64,000 nt of DNA from an uncultured Verrucomicrobiae bacterium (GTDB lineage Bacteria; Verrucomicrobiota; Verrucomicrobiia; Opitutales; JABDGR01), in contig CAVXVB010000009.1 of assembly GCA_963765205.1 (NCBI GenBank), positions 914,590 to 978,589 of the forward strand, read 5' to 3'. Made by a program: the position numbers and the translations under genes. The notes beneath the pieces are model-generated. The model saw nothing but the letters and a program-made list of their open reading frames with translations, did no database searches and was not told where the DNA came from. How positions within the stretch are numbered: the stretch's first letter is position 1; the number at the start of each line of letters is the position of its first letter. Below, piece after piece: positions 8,591-19,002 of this stretch.

Positions 8591-9601
8591 ATGAAACCCC
8601 TCCCCTACCTCATCTCCCGCTGCGCCCTCGGTGTCGCTGCCGCCGGTCTGCTCCTGGCCGGCTGCTCTAAATCCGACAACTCGGCCGGCACGGCAACGCC
8701 CGCGTCTGGTTCCGCGCCGGCGGGGAAGACCATCACAGTGGGTTTTGCCCAAACCGGAGATGAAAGCGGCTGGCGCACCGCCAACACCGAATCACTCAAG
8801 TCCGAAGCCGCCAAACGCGGCATCAACTTAAAAGTTACTTTTGCCGACAACGTGCTCGACAAGGAAATCGCGTCTGTGCGTAATTTCATCACGCAAAAGG
8901 TGGACGCCATTATCATCGCTCCGACGGTCAAGGATGGCTGGGATCAGGTGCTTAAGGAAGCGAAAGACGCCCACATCCCCGTCGTTATTGAAGATCGCTC
9001 CTTGAGCGCCGACCCCTCCCTGTATGCCGGCTTCATCGGCTCTGATTTTATGAAGGAAGGGCACCTGGCGGCGGAATGGCTCATCAAAACCACGGGGGGC
9101 AAGGGGCGGATTGTGGAGCTTTCAGGCCATCTGGGTTCCGATGCCGCGGATGACCGCCAGAAGGCGTTTGCCGAGGGGATTGCGAATACGCCCGGCCTGA
9201 CCATCATTGATTCGCAAACCGGCGACTTTCAACGCGATCAGGGCAAACAAGTCATGGAAGCCCTCCTCAAGAAACACCCCGCTGGATCGTTCGATATCCT
9301 TTACGCCCACAACGACGACATGGCGTTGGGCGCGATGCAAGCCATTCAGGAAGCCGGCCTCAAACCGGGCCAGGATATCATGATCATTTCCCTCGATGGT
9401 GAAAAAGAGGCCCTCCAAGCCATCGTAGACGGTAAAATCAATTGCGTGGTCGAGTGCAACCCCATGGACGGCCCCCTCGTCTTCGATGCGGTTGAGCAAG
9501 TCCTCAAGGGCGGGCAGATTCCGCCCATCACTTATAATTCGGATCACGTTTTCGACAAAACCAACGCCGCGGAGGTGCTCAAGGCCCCGCGCGCTTATTA
9601 A
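8591..9601 (+). CDS. ytfQ: Periplasmic sugar-binding lipoprotein of ABC transporter (YtfQ-like, galactofuranose-binding family)
   Basis: ORF 8531..9601 trimmed to ATG 8591 (MKPLPYLISRCALGVAAAGLLLAGCS, a lipobox). TVGFAQTGDESGWRTANTESLKSEAAKRGINLKV...VDAIIIAPTVKDGWDQVLKEAKDAHIPVV closely parallels E. coli YtfQ as I recall it. Gene order equals ytfQRT-yjfF. Confidence 0.8.
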   Translation: MKPLPYLISRCALGVAAAGLLLAGCSKSDNSAGTATPASGSAPAGKTITVGFAQTGDESGWRTANTESLKSEAAKRGINLKVTFADNVLDKEIASVRNFITQKVDAIIIAPTVKDGWDQVLKEAKDAHIPVVIEDRSLSADPSLYAGFIGSDFMKEGHLAAEWLIKTTGGKGRIVELSGHLGSDAADDRQKAFAEGIANTPGLTIIDSQTGDFQRDQGKQVMEALLKKHPAGSFDILYAHNDDMALGAMQAIQEAGLKPGQDIMIISLDGEKEALQAIVDGKINCVVECNPMDGPLVFDAVEQVLKGGQIPPITYNSDHVFDKTNAAEVLKAPRAY

Positions 9602-9613
9602 GCCTTACTGCTC

Positions 9614-11182
9614 ATGGCCGCCGTGGAGTCCTCAGCGCCGCTGTTGCTCGCCATGCGCGGCATTGGGAAAAAGTTTCCCGGGGTGGTGGCTTTGTCCAAC
9701 GTGGACTTTTCCGTGCGCGCGGGCGAAATCCATGCCCTGCTCGGCGAAAACGGCGCCGGCAAGTCCACGCTTATTAAAGTGCTCACCGGTGTTTACGCGC
9801 CGGACGCCGGCGAGGTGCGTCTAGCCGGCACGCCCATCCACCCCGCTTCGCCGCGTGACGCCGAGCGTCTGGGTCTCAGCACCGTTTACCAGGAAGTGAA
9901 TTTGATCCCCTCTTTGTCGGTCGCGGAAAACATCGGCTTGGGCCGCCAGCCGGGAAAATTAGGCTTCTTAAATTGGCCCGCGCTGCGCCGCCGCGCCCGG
10001 GCCGCGCTCGCACGGCTCGAACTCGCTCTCGACGTGGACGCCGAGTTGGGCACGCTGCCGTTGGCCCTCCAACAAATGGTCGCCATCGCTCGCGCGCTTG
10101 ACTTGCAGGCCAAGCTCCTTGTGCTTGACGAGCCGACCGCCAGCCTCGACGAAAAGGAAGTGGACGAGCTTTTCAAAATCATGCGGCAACTGCGTGCGGC
10201 GGGTCTCGGCATCGTCTTCGTCACGCATTTTCTCGATCAGGTTTACGAAATTACCGACCGCCTCACCGTCCTGCGCAACGGCGAATTGGTTGGCGAATAC
10301 TTGACGGCAAAATTGGGCCGCCTCGAACTCGTGGGCAAAATGCTCGGCCGCGAAGTGCGCGATGAAGAGGGCCACAACGCGGACGGTAGAGATCCCGCTA
10401 CGGCGGGAAGCCGTCCGTCTCTGGACCATCCACTCGCCAAATCCTCCGCACCCGTGCTCGATGCCCGCCAAATGGGCCGCCGCGGCGCAGTGCATCCGCT
10501 CGATTTGACTTTACGCGGCGGCGAGGTGACCGGCCTCGCCGGTCTGCTCGGCTCCGGCCGCACCGAAACCGCGCGTCTGCTCTTCGGCATTGACCGCCCG
10601 GACTCCGGCGAAATCAAAATCCGCGGCCAAACCGTGAAACTATCCTCGCCGCGCGCAGCGGTGGCGCTCGGGCTCGCATTTTGCTCCGAAGACCGCAAGA
10701 CCGAAGGCATCCTCCCAAACCTGTCCGTGCGCGAGAACATCATCTTCGCGCTCCAGGCCAAGCGCGGCACCTGGCGTAAGCTCGCGCGCGCCGAGCAGGA
10801 CCAACTTTGCGCCCACTACATCCAGGCCTTGCGCATCAAGACCAGCAGTCCCGAGACGCCGGTCAAAAACCTCTCCGGCGGCAACCAGCAAAAGGCCCTC
10901 CTTGCACGCTGGCTCGCCACCCGACCGGAACTCATCATCCTCGACGAGCCCACCCGCGGCATTGACATCGGCGCAAAAGCCGAAATCGAGCAGCTCATTA
11001 CCCAGTTGCGCGCGGATGGCGTCGCGGTGCTTTTTATTTCCTCTGAAATCGAGGAAGTCGTTCGTAACAGCTCGCGCATTGCCGTCCTGCGCGAGCGCCG
11101 CAAAGTAGCTGAACTCACCGGCGGCGAAATTGAACTGCACCGTCTGCTGCATGAAATGGCCGGCGCGCCACCCTCTCCATGA
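9614..11182 (+). CDS. ytfR: Sugar ABC transporter ATP-binding protein, duplicated ATPase (YtfR-like)
   Basis: 522-aa ORF with two ABC cassettes. The first has Walker A GENGAGKST. The second has GLLGSGRTE, signature LSGGNQQK and Walker B LIILDEPTRGID. Confidence 0.85.
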   Translation: MAAVESSAPLLLAMRGIGKKFPGVVALSNVDFSVRAGEIHALLGENGAGKSTLIKVLTGVYAPDAGEVRLAGTPIHPASPRDAERLGLSTVYQEVNLIPSLSVAENIGLGRQPGKLGFLNWPALRRRARAALARLELALDVDAELGTLPLALQQMVAIARALDLQAKLLVLDEPTASLDEKEVDELFKIMRQLRAAGLGIVFVTHFLDQVYEITDRLTVLRNGELVGEYLTAKLGRLELVGKMLGREVRDEEGHNADGRDPATAGSRPSLDHPLAKSSAPVLDARQMGRRGAVHPLDLTLRGGEVTGLAGLLGSGRTETARLLFGIDRPDSGEIKIRGQTVKLSSPRAAVALGLAFCSEDRKTEGILPNLSVRENIIFALQAKRGTWRKLARAEQDQLCAHYIQALRIKTSSPETPVKNLSGGNQQKALLARWLATRPELIILDEPTRGIDIGAKAEIEQLITQLRADGVAVLFISSEIEEVVRNSSRIAVLRERRKVAELTGGEIELHRLLHEMAGAPPSP

Positions 11183-12186
11183 GTGAAGCCCGCCACCGTT
11201 CCTGGCTGAAATCGCCCGCGGTCTGGCCGCTGGCGGGCCTGTTGCTGCTCGGCTTGATCAATCTGATTTTCAGCCGAAATTTCTTCACCATCACCCAGCG
11301 TGACGGGCATTATGTCGGTACGCTCATTGATATTCTCAAGAACGGCTCGCCTGGTCTGATTTTGTCGCTGGGGATGACACTGGTGATCGCGACTGGCGGC
11401 ATTGATTTGTCCGTCGGCGCGGTCCTGGCGGTCACCGGCGCTACGGCGGCGACCATGATGGCGCAGGGCCCGGTTTCGCTGCCGCTGGTGCTGGCCGTCT
11501 GCCTTGGAGTGGGCGGGTTATGCGGCCTGGTCAACGGGGTTCTGGTGGCGTGGGGGCGCATCCAGCCGATTGTGGCCACGCTCATCCTGATGGTCGCGGG
11601 CCGCGGCATCGCGACGCTTATCACGGGGGGCAATCAAGTGCTCATCCATCAGGAATCCTATAATTATCTCGGCACCGGATTCATCCTCGGATTGCCGGTG
11701 GCCCCGTTGGTGGTCACCGCGCTGTATCTCGTGGCGTGGCTGGGGCTGCGGCGCAGCGCCGCGAGTTTATTCATCGAAGCGGCCGGCGATAACGAAATCG
11801 CCAGCCGCTTTGCCGGGCTGGCCACCGCACGCGTCAAATGCCTCGTTTACGTCGTCAGCGGCCTCTGCGCCGCTGTGGCAGGGGTGCTGGCGACCTCGAG
11901 CATTGGCAATTCCGACCCCATGAGCGACGGCCAATACCTAGAGCTGGACGCGATCTTTGCGGTGGTAGTCGGCGGCACCGCCCTCCGCGGCAGCCGGTAC
12001 AACTTCCTCGGTTCCTATCTGGCCGCCATCATGTTGAAAACCCTGACCATCACGATGTATTTTGTGGGCGTGCGCCCGGAGGTTGCGCCACTGCCCAAGG
12101 CCGTCCTCATCATCGTGGTGTGCCTGCTGCAATCGGAAACCACCCGCCGCTGGCTTGGCGGACTGCGCCGGAGGAGGGCGATATGA
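11179..12186 (+). CDS. ytfT: Sugar ABC transporter permease (YtfT-like)
   Basis: 335-aa polytopic ORF (GGIDLSVGAVLAVTGA motif). The start overlaps the ytfR stop (ATGA). Confidence 0.8.
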   Translation: MSEARHRSWLKSPAVWPLAGLLLLGLINLIFSRNFFTITQRDGHYVGTLIDILKNGSPGLILSLGMTLVIATGGIDLSVGAVLAVTGATAATMMAQGPVSLPLVLAVCLGVGGLCGLVNGVLVAWGRIQPIVATLILMVAGRGIATLITGGNQVLIHQESYNYLGTGFILGLPVAPLVVTALYLVAWLGLRRSAASLFIEAAGDNEIASRFAGLATARVKCLVYVVSGLCAAVAGVLATSSIGNSDPMSDGQYLELDAIFAVVVGGTALRGSRYNFLGSYLAAIMLKTLTITMYFVGVRPEVAPLPKAVLIIVVCLLQSETTRRWLGGLRRRRAI

Positions 12187-13154
12187 ATACCTTGCTGCGC
12201 AACCGGCTGCCGCAACTGACGACGGCGGTGATTTTCGTTCTGTTGTTCACCGCCGCCAGCCTGCGGTATGATTATTTTTTCTCCGCGCGCAACGTGGCCG
12301 ATCTTTTCATCGGCAACGCCAGCCTGGGAGTGATCGCGGTGGGGATGACGCTGGTGATTTTTTTGGGCGGCATTGATTTATCCGTCGGCGCAGTGGCCGG
12401 CTTTGCCAATATTTTTTTCGCCGCCTTGGTGGCCAGACACGGCTGGCACCCGCTGCCGGCCTTGCTGGCAGGCTTGGCCCTCGGCGCGGCGTTTGGCGCG
12501 TTCATGGGCGCGTTGATCCATTTTTTCAAGCAGCCCGCGTTTTTGGTGACCCTGGCGGGCATGTTTTTCGCGCGCGGCTGCGCCTATTGGATCAGCGAAT
12601 CCAGTATCACAGTGAAACAGCCGTTTTTTGTCCGTCTGACGGATTTTAAGGCTCCGCTGGGGGACGCCATGGTGCATCCGCTGCCGGCCTTCATTTTCTT
12701 GGTGGTGCTGGCGGCGGGCTACCTTGTGGCGCAATTCACCCGTTTCGGCCGTAACCTGCTCGCCATCGGCGGCAACGAGCAATCAGCCCTGCTCATGGGC
12801 CTGCCCGTGGGCGCGACGACGATTGCCGCCTATGCAACCTGCGGGGCGACCGCGGCGTTGGGCGGGCTGGTCAACACACTCATCACCGGTTCGGGCAATT
12901 GCACTTATGGCATTGGCCTAGAACTCGACGCGATAGCGGTCGTGGTCATCGGCGGCACCCTCCTCACCGGCGGTCGCGGCCATCTGTTTGGCACGCTCTG
13001 TGGGGTGTTGATCATCGGCACCATCCAGTCCGCCATCGCCTTTGACGGCACCCTTAGTTCCTCCTGGACGCGTATCATCACTGGCGCGCTGTTGCTGGCG
13101 TTTATCCTCTTCCAGCGCCTCCTCCTGCGCGCCACGCAAAAACGCTTTGCGTGA
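12183..13154 (+). CDS. yjfF: Sugar ABC transporter permease (YjfF-like)
   Basis: ORF 11838..13154 trimmed to ATG 12183 (MNTLLRNRLPQLTTAVIFVLLF), which overlaps the ytfT stop (ATGA 12183-12186). GGIDLSVGAVAGFANI permease motif. The upstream 115 codons of the track ORF lie inside ytfT in another frame. Confidence 0.8.
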   Translation: MNTLLRNRLPQLTTAVIFVLLFTAASLRYDYFFSARNVADLFIGNASLGVIAVGMTLVIFLGGIDLSVGAVAGFANIFFAALVARHGWHPLPALLAGLALGAAFGAFMGALIHFFKQPAFLVTLAGMFFARGCAYWISESSITVKQPFFVRLTDFKAPLGDAMVHPLPAFIFLVVLAAGYLVAQFTRFGRNLLAIGGNEQSALLMGLPVGATTIAAYATCGATAALGGLVNTLITGSGNCTYGIGLELDAIAVVVIGGTLLTGGRGHLFGTLCGVLIIGTIQSAIAFDGTLSSSWTRIITGALLLAFILFQRLLLRATQKRFA

Positions 13155-13176
13155 AAACAACGGCGCGCCGCCCAAG

Positions 13177-14133
13177 TCACACATCGCGCGCACAGCGAAA
13201 GCCGGTGTTGCCGGTCGAGCTGTCGGGCGTATTCGAGGTGCGCGCGCCGACGCGGTAGCGATTGCAATAAGAATGATGGCAGAGGTAGCTGCCGCCACGA
13301 ATCACCTTGCGGTCGCCCGCTGGCGGACCGGTGGGGTCTGTGCGCAGACCGGTGACATGAAAGCTCGCGCTGAACCAGTCGTGGCACCATTCCCAAATGT
13401 TGCCTGCCACGTTGTAGAGGCCGTAGCCGTTGGCCAAAAAACTTTTCGCGGGCGCGGTGCCGCGGTAGCCGTCCTCGGCGGTGTCATGCGAGGGAAACGG
13501 CCCCTGCCAGATGTTGCACATGTGCTTGCCGCCCGGCGTCAGTTCGTCGCCCCAGGCGAAACGTTTTTGCACAAGGCCGCCGCGCGCCGCGCATTCCCAC
13601 TCGGCTTCGGTCGGCAAACGCTTGCCCGCCCAGGCGCAGTAGGCGCGCGCGTCATTCCATGAAACATGCACGACCGGATGGTCCCAGCGTCGTTTGATAT
13701 TTGAACCCGGCCCCTCGGGATGCCGCCAGGTCGCGCGGTCCACCCGGCACCACCATTCCGCGCCCGCCACGCGTTGGGTCACCCGCGCTAATTGCGCAGG
13801 CGTCAGGAAAAGATGGAACACAAACGACCAGCCGAAACGCTCAGCCTCGGTCTGGTAGCGCGTGGCGTTGACGAATTCATTGAACTGTTCATTCGTCACA
13901 CAGGTGGCGTCCAGATGGAACGGTTGCAACGTGACGGCGCGTACCGGAACTTCGCCATCGTGCGGCCAGCCATCGGCGTCCTGCGCACCCATCAGAAATT
14001 CCCCGCCCGGAATTAGCCGCATCCCGCTGTGTGCCCCGGAACGCACGCGCACGAAATCCGAATCCGCGACGATCGCCGCGGACGCGGACACCTCCGGCGC
14101 GCGGGCCGGAGTGCAGCAGGAATTGCCATTCAT
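13177..14133 (-). CDS. Formylglycine-generating enzyme family protein (SUMF1/FGE)
   Basis: 318-aa ORF. Contains RLIPGGEFLMG, HPVVHVSWNDARAYCAWAGKRLPTEAEWECAARGG, GLYNVAGNIWEWCHDWF and RGGSYLCHHSYCNRYRVGARTSNTPDSSTGNTGFRCARD, which are classic FGE motifs. Confidence 0.85.
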   Translation of the reverse strand: MNGNSCCTPARAPEVSASAAIVADSDFVRVRSGAHSGMRLIPGGEFLMGAQDADGWPHDGEVPVRAVTLQPFHLDATCVTNEQFNEFVNATRYQTEAERFGWSFVFHLFLTPAQLARVTQRVAGAEWWCRVDRATWRHPEGPGSNIKRRWDHPVVHVSWNDARAYCAWAGKRLPTEAEWECAARGGLVQKRFAWGDELTPGGKHMCNIWQGPFPSHDTAEDGYRGTAPAKSFLANGYGLYNVAGNIWEWCHDWFSASFHVTGLRTDPTGPPAGDRKVIRGGSYLCHHSYCNRYRVGARTSNTPDSSTGNTGFRCARDV

Positions 14134-14276
14134 GGGGTGGCCCCATCGTCTTGCGCAAACCCGCGCCCGTCAATCATCCAGACAGAGGAGAAATGCTGAT
14201 CGCTGAATGCAGTAACCGATTTAAACATCAACCAGCAATCAACAATCAGGAACTCCTGCTCCCCGCTCCCTGCTCC

Positions 14277-17200
14277 TCACGCCGCGCGCAGTTGCTGGAG
14301 TTCCTCGTTCACCCGGTCGAGCAATTGGACGAATTGTTCGCAGCGCTGGCGCCAAAGATCCACGCCCAAATCATCGTGATGATATTCAATTTCCTCGCCC
14401 AGCTTCACCAGAGCCGGCAACCCCAACAGGCCGAGCGACCCACGCAAGTAATGCGAGATGCGCTGGATGGTTGCCAGATCGTCCGTCCCCATGGCGCGGC
14501 GCAATTGCGGCAACTTGGTCGCCAGGGCTTGCAGGCAGAGGTTGACAACCTGTTGTTGGGTTTCAGGGTCGGAGCCAATGTGCTCGGCCATCTTGTTAAA
14601 TTGCACCAGCGGGGACGTTTCTTCAACCACGGACACAAGCGCCTCGGCGGATGTGGCCGCGGCGGGAACTTGCGCGGAAACCAAGGCCGGCACGGGTAAG
14701 GGCGAACTCGCCGCCCCGCCGATGATTTCCACTACCGGTTGCTTCGGGGCTTCCGCCTTGGGCGCGGCCATGGTCGGACGGCCATACTTTTCAACCAGCG
14801 CGAGGAACCGCTCGCGATTCAGCGGCTTGGAAATATAGCCATCCATGCCGTAGGAAAGGCATTCCTCCTCCGTGCCCTTGAGCGCATGCGCGGTCATGGC
14901 AATGATGGGAATGTGGCCGCCCTGGGTTTTTTCCACAGCCCGGATGTGGCGGGTCGCGGTGTGGCCGTCCATCACCGGCATCTGGATATCCATCAAAATA
15001 AGGTCATAGGAATTTTTCTTCCATTCCGCGACCGCTTGCGCGCCGTCGTTGACGGTGACACTGTGGTGGCCGCGCTTGGTGAGCAAACCGCGCGCGACTT
15101 CGCGGTTGATCGGGTTGTCCTCCACCACGAGCACCCGCACGCCGTGCGCGATGGGGGCCACCGGTTCAGGAGCGGCGGCGGGTGGGGTGTTCATCCTTTG
15201 CTGGGCGAGTGCGCCACAAATGGCCTGCAGCAAAGCACGCTGGCCAACGGGCTTGGTCAGCACGGCTTGAATCCCCATTGTGTCACAGCGTTGGAGGTCG
15301 CTCGCCCGATAGGCAGAGGAAAGCATCATAATCGCCGGGCCATGAAACTCGGACTTTTGCTTGATGGCCCGGGCCACGTCAAAACCGTCCATTTCCGGCA
15401 TCAGGGCGTCCAGCAAAATTAAGTCATAACCTTGACCCGCCAACACCGATGCCGCGACGGCGCTCAGCGCCTCTGCGCCGGACGTTGCGAGAGTGACCTG
15501 CGCACCCCAGTTTTGTAAAACAGTTTGCAGAATGATCCGGTTAGTTTCATTGTCGTCCACCACCAGGACGCGCCGGTTGCACAGCGATTCAGCCGCCCCC
15601 AGTTGGTCCCGCGGGATACCCGACTTGGCTTCGGGTAATAGAATGGAAAAATGGAAAATGCTGCCTTTGCCAACTTCGCTTTCCACCCAAAGTCGGCCGC
15701 CCATTTGCTGGACGAGCCGCTGGGAAATGCTCAGGCCCAGCCCGGTCCCGCCATAAAGCCGCGAGGTTGAACCGTCGGCCTGCCGGAAGGCTTCGAAGAT
15801 CACTTCCTGCTTGTCGGCGGGAATGCCGATGCCGGTGTCGCGGATGCGGAAATGCAACTGCCGCTTCCCTGCGCTCTCCCCCTCGTTGTCCACCGTCAGC
15901 ACCACCTCGCCCTGCGGGGTAAATTTGAGCGCGTTGGAAACGAGGTTGGAAACAATTTGGCGACGCGGCCCGCATCGCCCACCAAGCCATCGGGCACGTC
16001 GGTGCGCGCGAGCACCCCCAACTCGAGGTTCTTTTCCGCCGCGCGCAAGGCGAAGCTCTTCATCGTGTCGTCCAGACAGTCGCGCAGCGAGAAGGGCGCT
16101 TCATCCAAGAAAAATTTGCCCGCTTCGAGCTTCGAGAAATCCAGGATGTCGTTGACGATGCCCAGGAGCGCGTGGGCGGAGTTTTGCACCATGCCAAGGT
16201 AGTCGCGTTGCTGGGCGGTGAGTTGGGTGTCGAGCGCGAGCTCGACCATGCCGATAACGCCGTTCATTGGCGTGCGGATTTCGTGGCTCATGTTGGCCAG
16301 GAACTCGCTCTTGACCGTGGCGGCGCGCTCGGCTTCGCGCCAGGCGGCTTCCGCGCTGGCTTTTTCGGCTTCGAGTTCGCGTGTGCGGGCTTCCAATTCT
16401 TTGCTGCGTTCCAGCAGGCGCGAACTCAGCACAGCGCTGTAGAGCAGGTTGCTCGCGGTGTTCGTCAGCCGCACGGCGTCGAGCGCGCGCCGCTGGTCAA
16501 AGTCTACGTCGAGCACGCCGACTTGCTTGCCCTGGAAGGCAACCCCCATCCGCATCAGGCTTTGACCGGGGGCCAGCAAATCGTCCACCCAAGCTTGCCC
16601 CGGGCGCTCATGTACCAGCGCGGCGGGCGCTTCCTGCGCCTTGGCGCCGGATCGGGCCAACCAGACCCGGCGTGGCCCTTCGCGCGCCTCCAGGCGAAAG
16701 AGTTTGATGTCCAGCTTGCGCCGAATCTGATCCAGCACTCCGGCGGCGCCATTTATTTCTGACACACTGGTGATGGCGGATTGGAAGGAAGAGAAAACGT
16801 GCTGGGTGGTGTTCGCCACCGAATCACGATAATCCCGATAATTGTCAATGTAACCTTCGGCGCGCAATTCGGACAGACAATGCGCGACAAAATCCTCCCG
16901 CTGCTGGACACTGGCCAGGCGGTCTGGACCGACGTGGAAGTAAGTTTCGAGTTTGGCCAAGGCGAAATGGAAGTAAATGTCGTTTTTGCCCAGGTAGATC
17001 AATTCACGCACGCCCTGCCGGAGAGTGGCCACCGGGTCGGCGCTGGCCGCCGCAGTCGCGGTGACCATGCGCAAAATTTCGCTTGTGCGCCGCCGCACGA
17101 ACGGCCCGGCGCTATCCATATACACCGCGACAGCGGGCTGGATTATGGCGGGAGGAATGCGCTCACCGGTGGCCAGCGTCTCGTCCACCACGTTGGCCAG

Positions 17201-18037
17201 TGCCCGGCATGATTGACGGTAAACATGATGTGGAGTGATGACCCGGTGCGTCCCGCGCGCAAAGGGCCGCCCCTTCGCCTCCCACAACATTTGCACCGCC
17301 TGGTAGCCGTATTCATAGCCTGGCTGCACCACGGTGGTGAGCGGCGGATCCAGCAACGCGGGGTCGCAATGCTCCCAAAACGAAAAATTGTCGAAGCCCG
17401 TGACCGACACATCGTGCGGCACCTCGAGGCCATGCCGCTGCAGGGCGACGATCGCGCCATGGGCCAGCAGGTCATTCGCGCACACCACCGCGGTGCCGCG
17501 CCCGCCGCGGGCCAGAAATTGCTCCATCGCCCCGTCGCCATCCGTAGTCAGCCAGTTGCCGGCGGAGAGAAAATTTTCCCGCGGGCATGCGATGCCCATC
17601 CGCGCCAGCGCCCGTACGAAGCCCTGGCGGCGCAGTTCGTTTTCGGGATTGGCGGCGGGGCCGCCCAGAAAAATAAAATCCCGATGGCCGAGGCGCGCGA
17701 GATAATCCACCATGCCTTCGATGGCGCCGGAATTGTCCACTGTGATTTGGGCATAGGCCGCGTTCAGATCATAGGCCGATACGACGATCGGCACACCGCG
17801 TTCATGCCATTTCGCCAGTTGCTCCAAGTCGTGGCGGTCTTCGGGCCGGTCCGCCAGCACGCCATCGAGCTTTAATCCATCCACGAGGCCAAAATGCCGG
17901 AATACAATGATCCGAGACCCCAACTCTCGTGCCGCCAGACTCGCACCCAAGGCCACGGCCGTTGAATTGCCTTGTTGAAATGGGGAAAAAATACCGAAGA
18001 GCGGAGATTGCATGGCAGTTAGCTTTACGCCCAGCAT
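14277..18037 (-). pseudogene. Hybrid sensor histidine kinase (LacI-type sugar-binding domain, HisKA, HATPase, REC, REC, Hpt) interrupted by an apparent 1-nt deletion near 15962
   Basis: Track ORFs 15896..18037 and 14277..15905 are two halves of one gene. The N-half ends ...[13 protein letters not shown] and then runs into off-frame [10 protein letters not shown].... The other frame reads [30 protein letters not shown]..., the N-box of the HATPase domain. Re-reading one base after GTC (15964-15962) gives [22 protein letters not shown]-box [12 protein letters not shown]; two REC domains (VLVVDDNETNR.., VLVVEDNPINR..DLILMDIQMPVMDG); Hpt ISHYLRGSLGLLG. Confidence 0.7.
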
Positions 18038-18330
18038 AGAGTAATTCCTTCCTTCTGCCCATCAGGTAAACCCTGTAGTATCCATTCTTTTTATCGGCAA
18101 ATATTCATCTGCTGGCATTCTATTTCAAACATGGTTTTATTAACGTTACTTTCCACCACCATCTACCTTATAAGACTATCCATACAAGCAGCTTGTGTAT
18201 TTTTTTTGTTTTTCAAATCGGGATTCATTTGCCGCAGCTTAACTAAGGCATATTCCTCAGCTAAGTGATAGGGAGTCAAAATCCGCTGACTTGATTGCAA
18301 TTTTCCCGGTAAATCCGCATTCACTTCATT

Positions 18331-19002
18331 CTATGAGACCTGCGAACCGGGAAATGGCCGCGCCAAACGCTCGCTGAGCGCAACGGCGATTAGGGCTATA
18401 ACGAGCGAGGCAGCCATCAAGTCCAATGCGGCGGCGTTATCCCCGAGCACCACATCGGTGTAAATGGCGAGCGGGATCGTGGTAGTGCACCCCGGGATGT
18501 TGCCCGCGAAGACGATGGTCGCGCCGAATTCGCCCAGCGCGCGGGCGAAGCCCAGCATGACCCCGGCGAGCACCCCGCGCCGCGCCAACGGCAGCGTGAT
18601 TTGCCAGAATACTTTCCACGGGCCGGCACCGAACGTCCGCGCCGCGTCCTCCAATTGCGCGTCCACCGATTCAAAGCCCACGCGCGCCGTGCGCACCACC
18701 AGCGGAAAAGACATCACCGCCATGGCCACCACCACCGCCTTCCAAGTGAACACAATCTCCACTCCCAGCCAATTTTCCAACGCCACGCCGAGCCAACTGT
18801 TGCGGCCCAACAGCAACAGCAGGGCAAAACCCGTCGCCACTGGCGGAAGCACCAGCGGCGCCGTCACCAAAGTTTCCACCAGCGCCTTGCCCCGCCAGTG
18901 TTTGCGCGCGAGCAGCCACGCCAGCGCCAGCGCACCGGGCAGCGAGACCGCCACGGCCAGCACCGCCAGCGCCACCGTGAACAGTATTACATCCCAATTC
19001 AT
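18331..19002 (-). CDS. modB: Molybdate ABC transporter permease
   Basis: 223-aa polytopic ORF. Contains LVLPPVATGFALLLLLGRNS and EDAARTFGAGPWKVFWQITLPLARRG (EAA-loop type). The start overlaps the modA stop. Confidence 0.85.
   Translation of the reverse strand: MNWDVILFTVALAVLAVAVSLPGALALAWLLARKHWRGKALVETLVTAPLVLPPVATGFALLLLLGRNSWLGVALENWLGVEIVFTWKAVVVAMAVMSFPLVVRTARVGFESVDAQLEDAARTFGAGPWKVFWQITLPLARRGVLAGVMLGFARALGEFGATIVFAGNIPGCTTTIPLAIYTDVVLGDNAAALDLMAASLVIALIAVALSERLARPFPGSQVS

Noticed and set aside
11838-12182. 115-codon N-terminal extension of the yjfF ORF
   Set aside because: It lies wholly inside ytfT in another frame and is Arg/Pro/Gly-rich. The ATG at 12183, overlapping the ytfT stop, gives a normal permease N-terminus.
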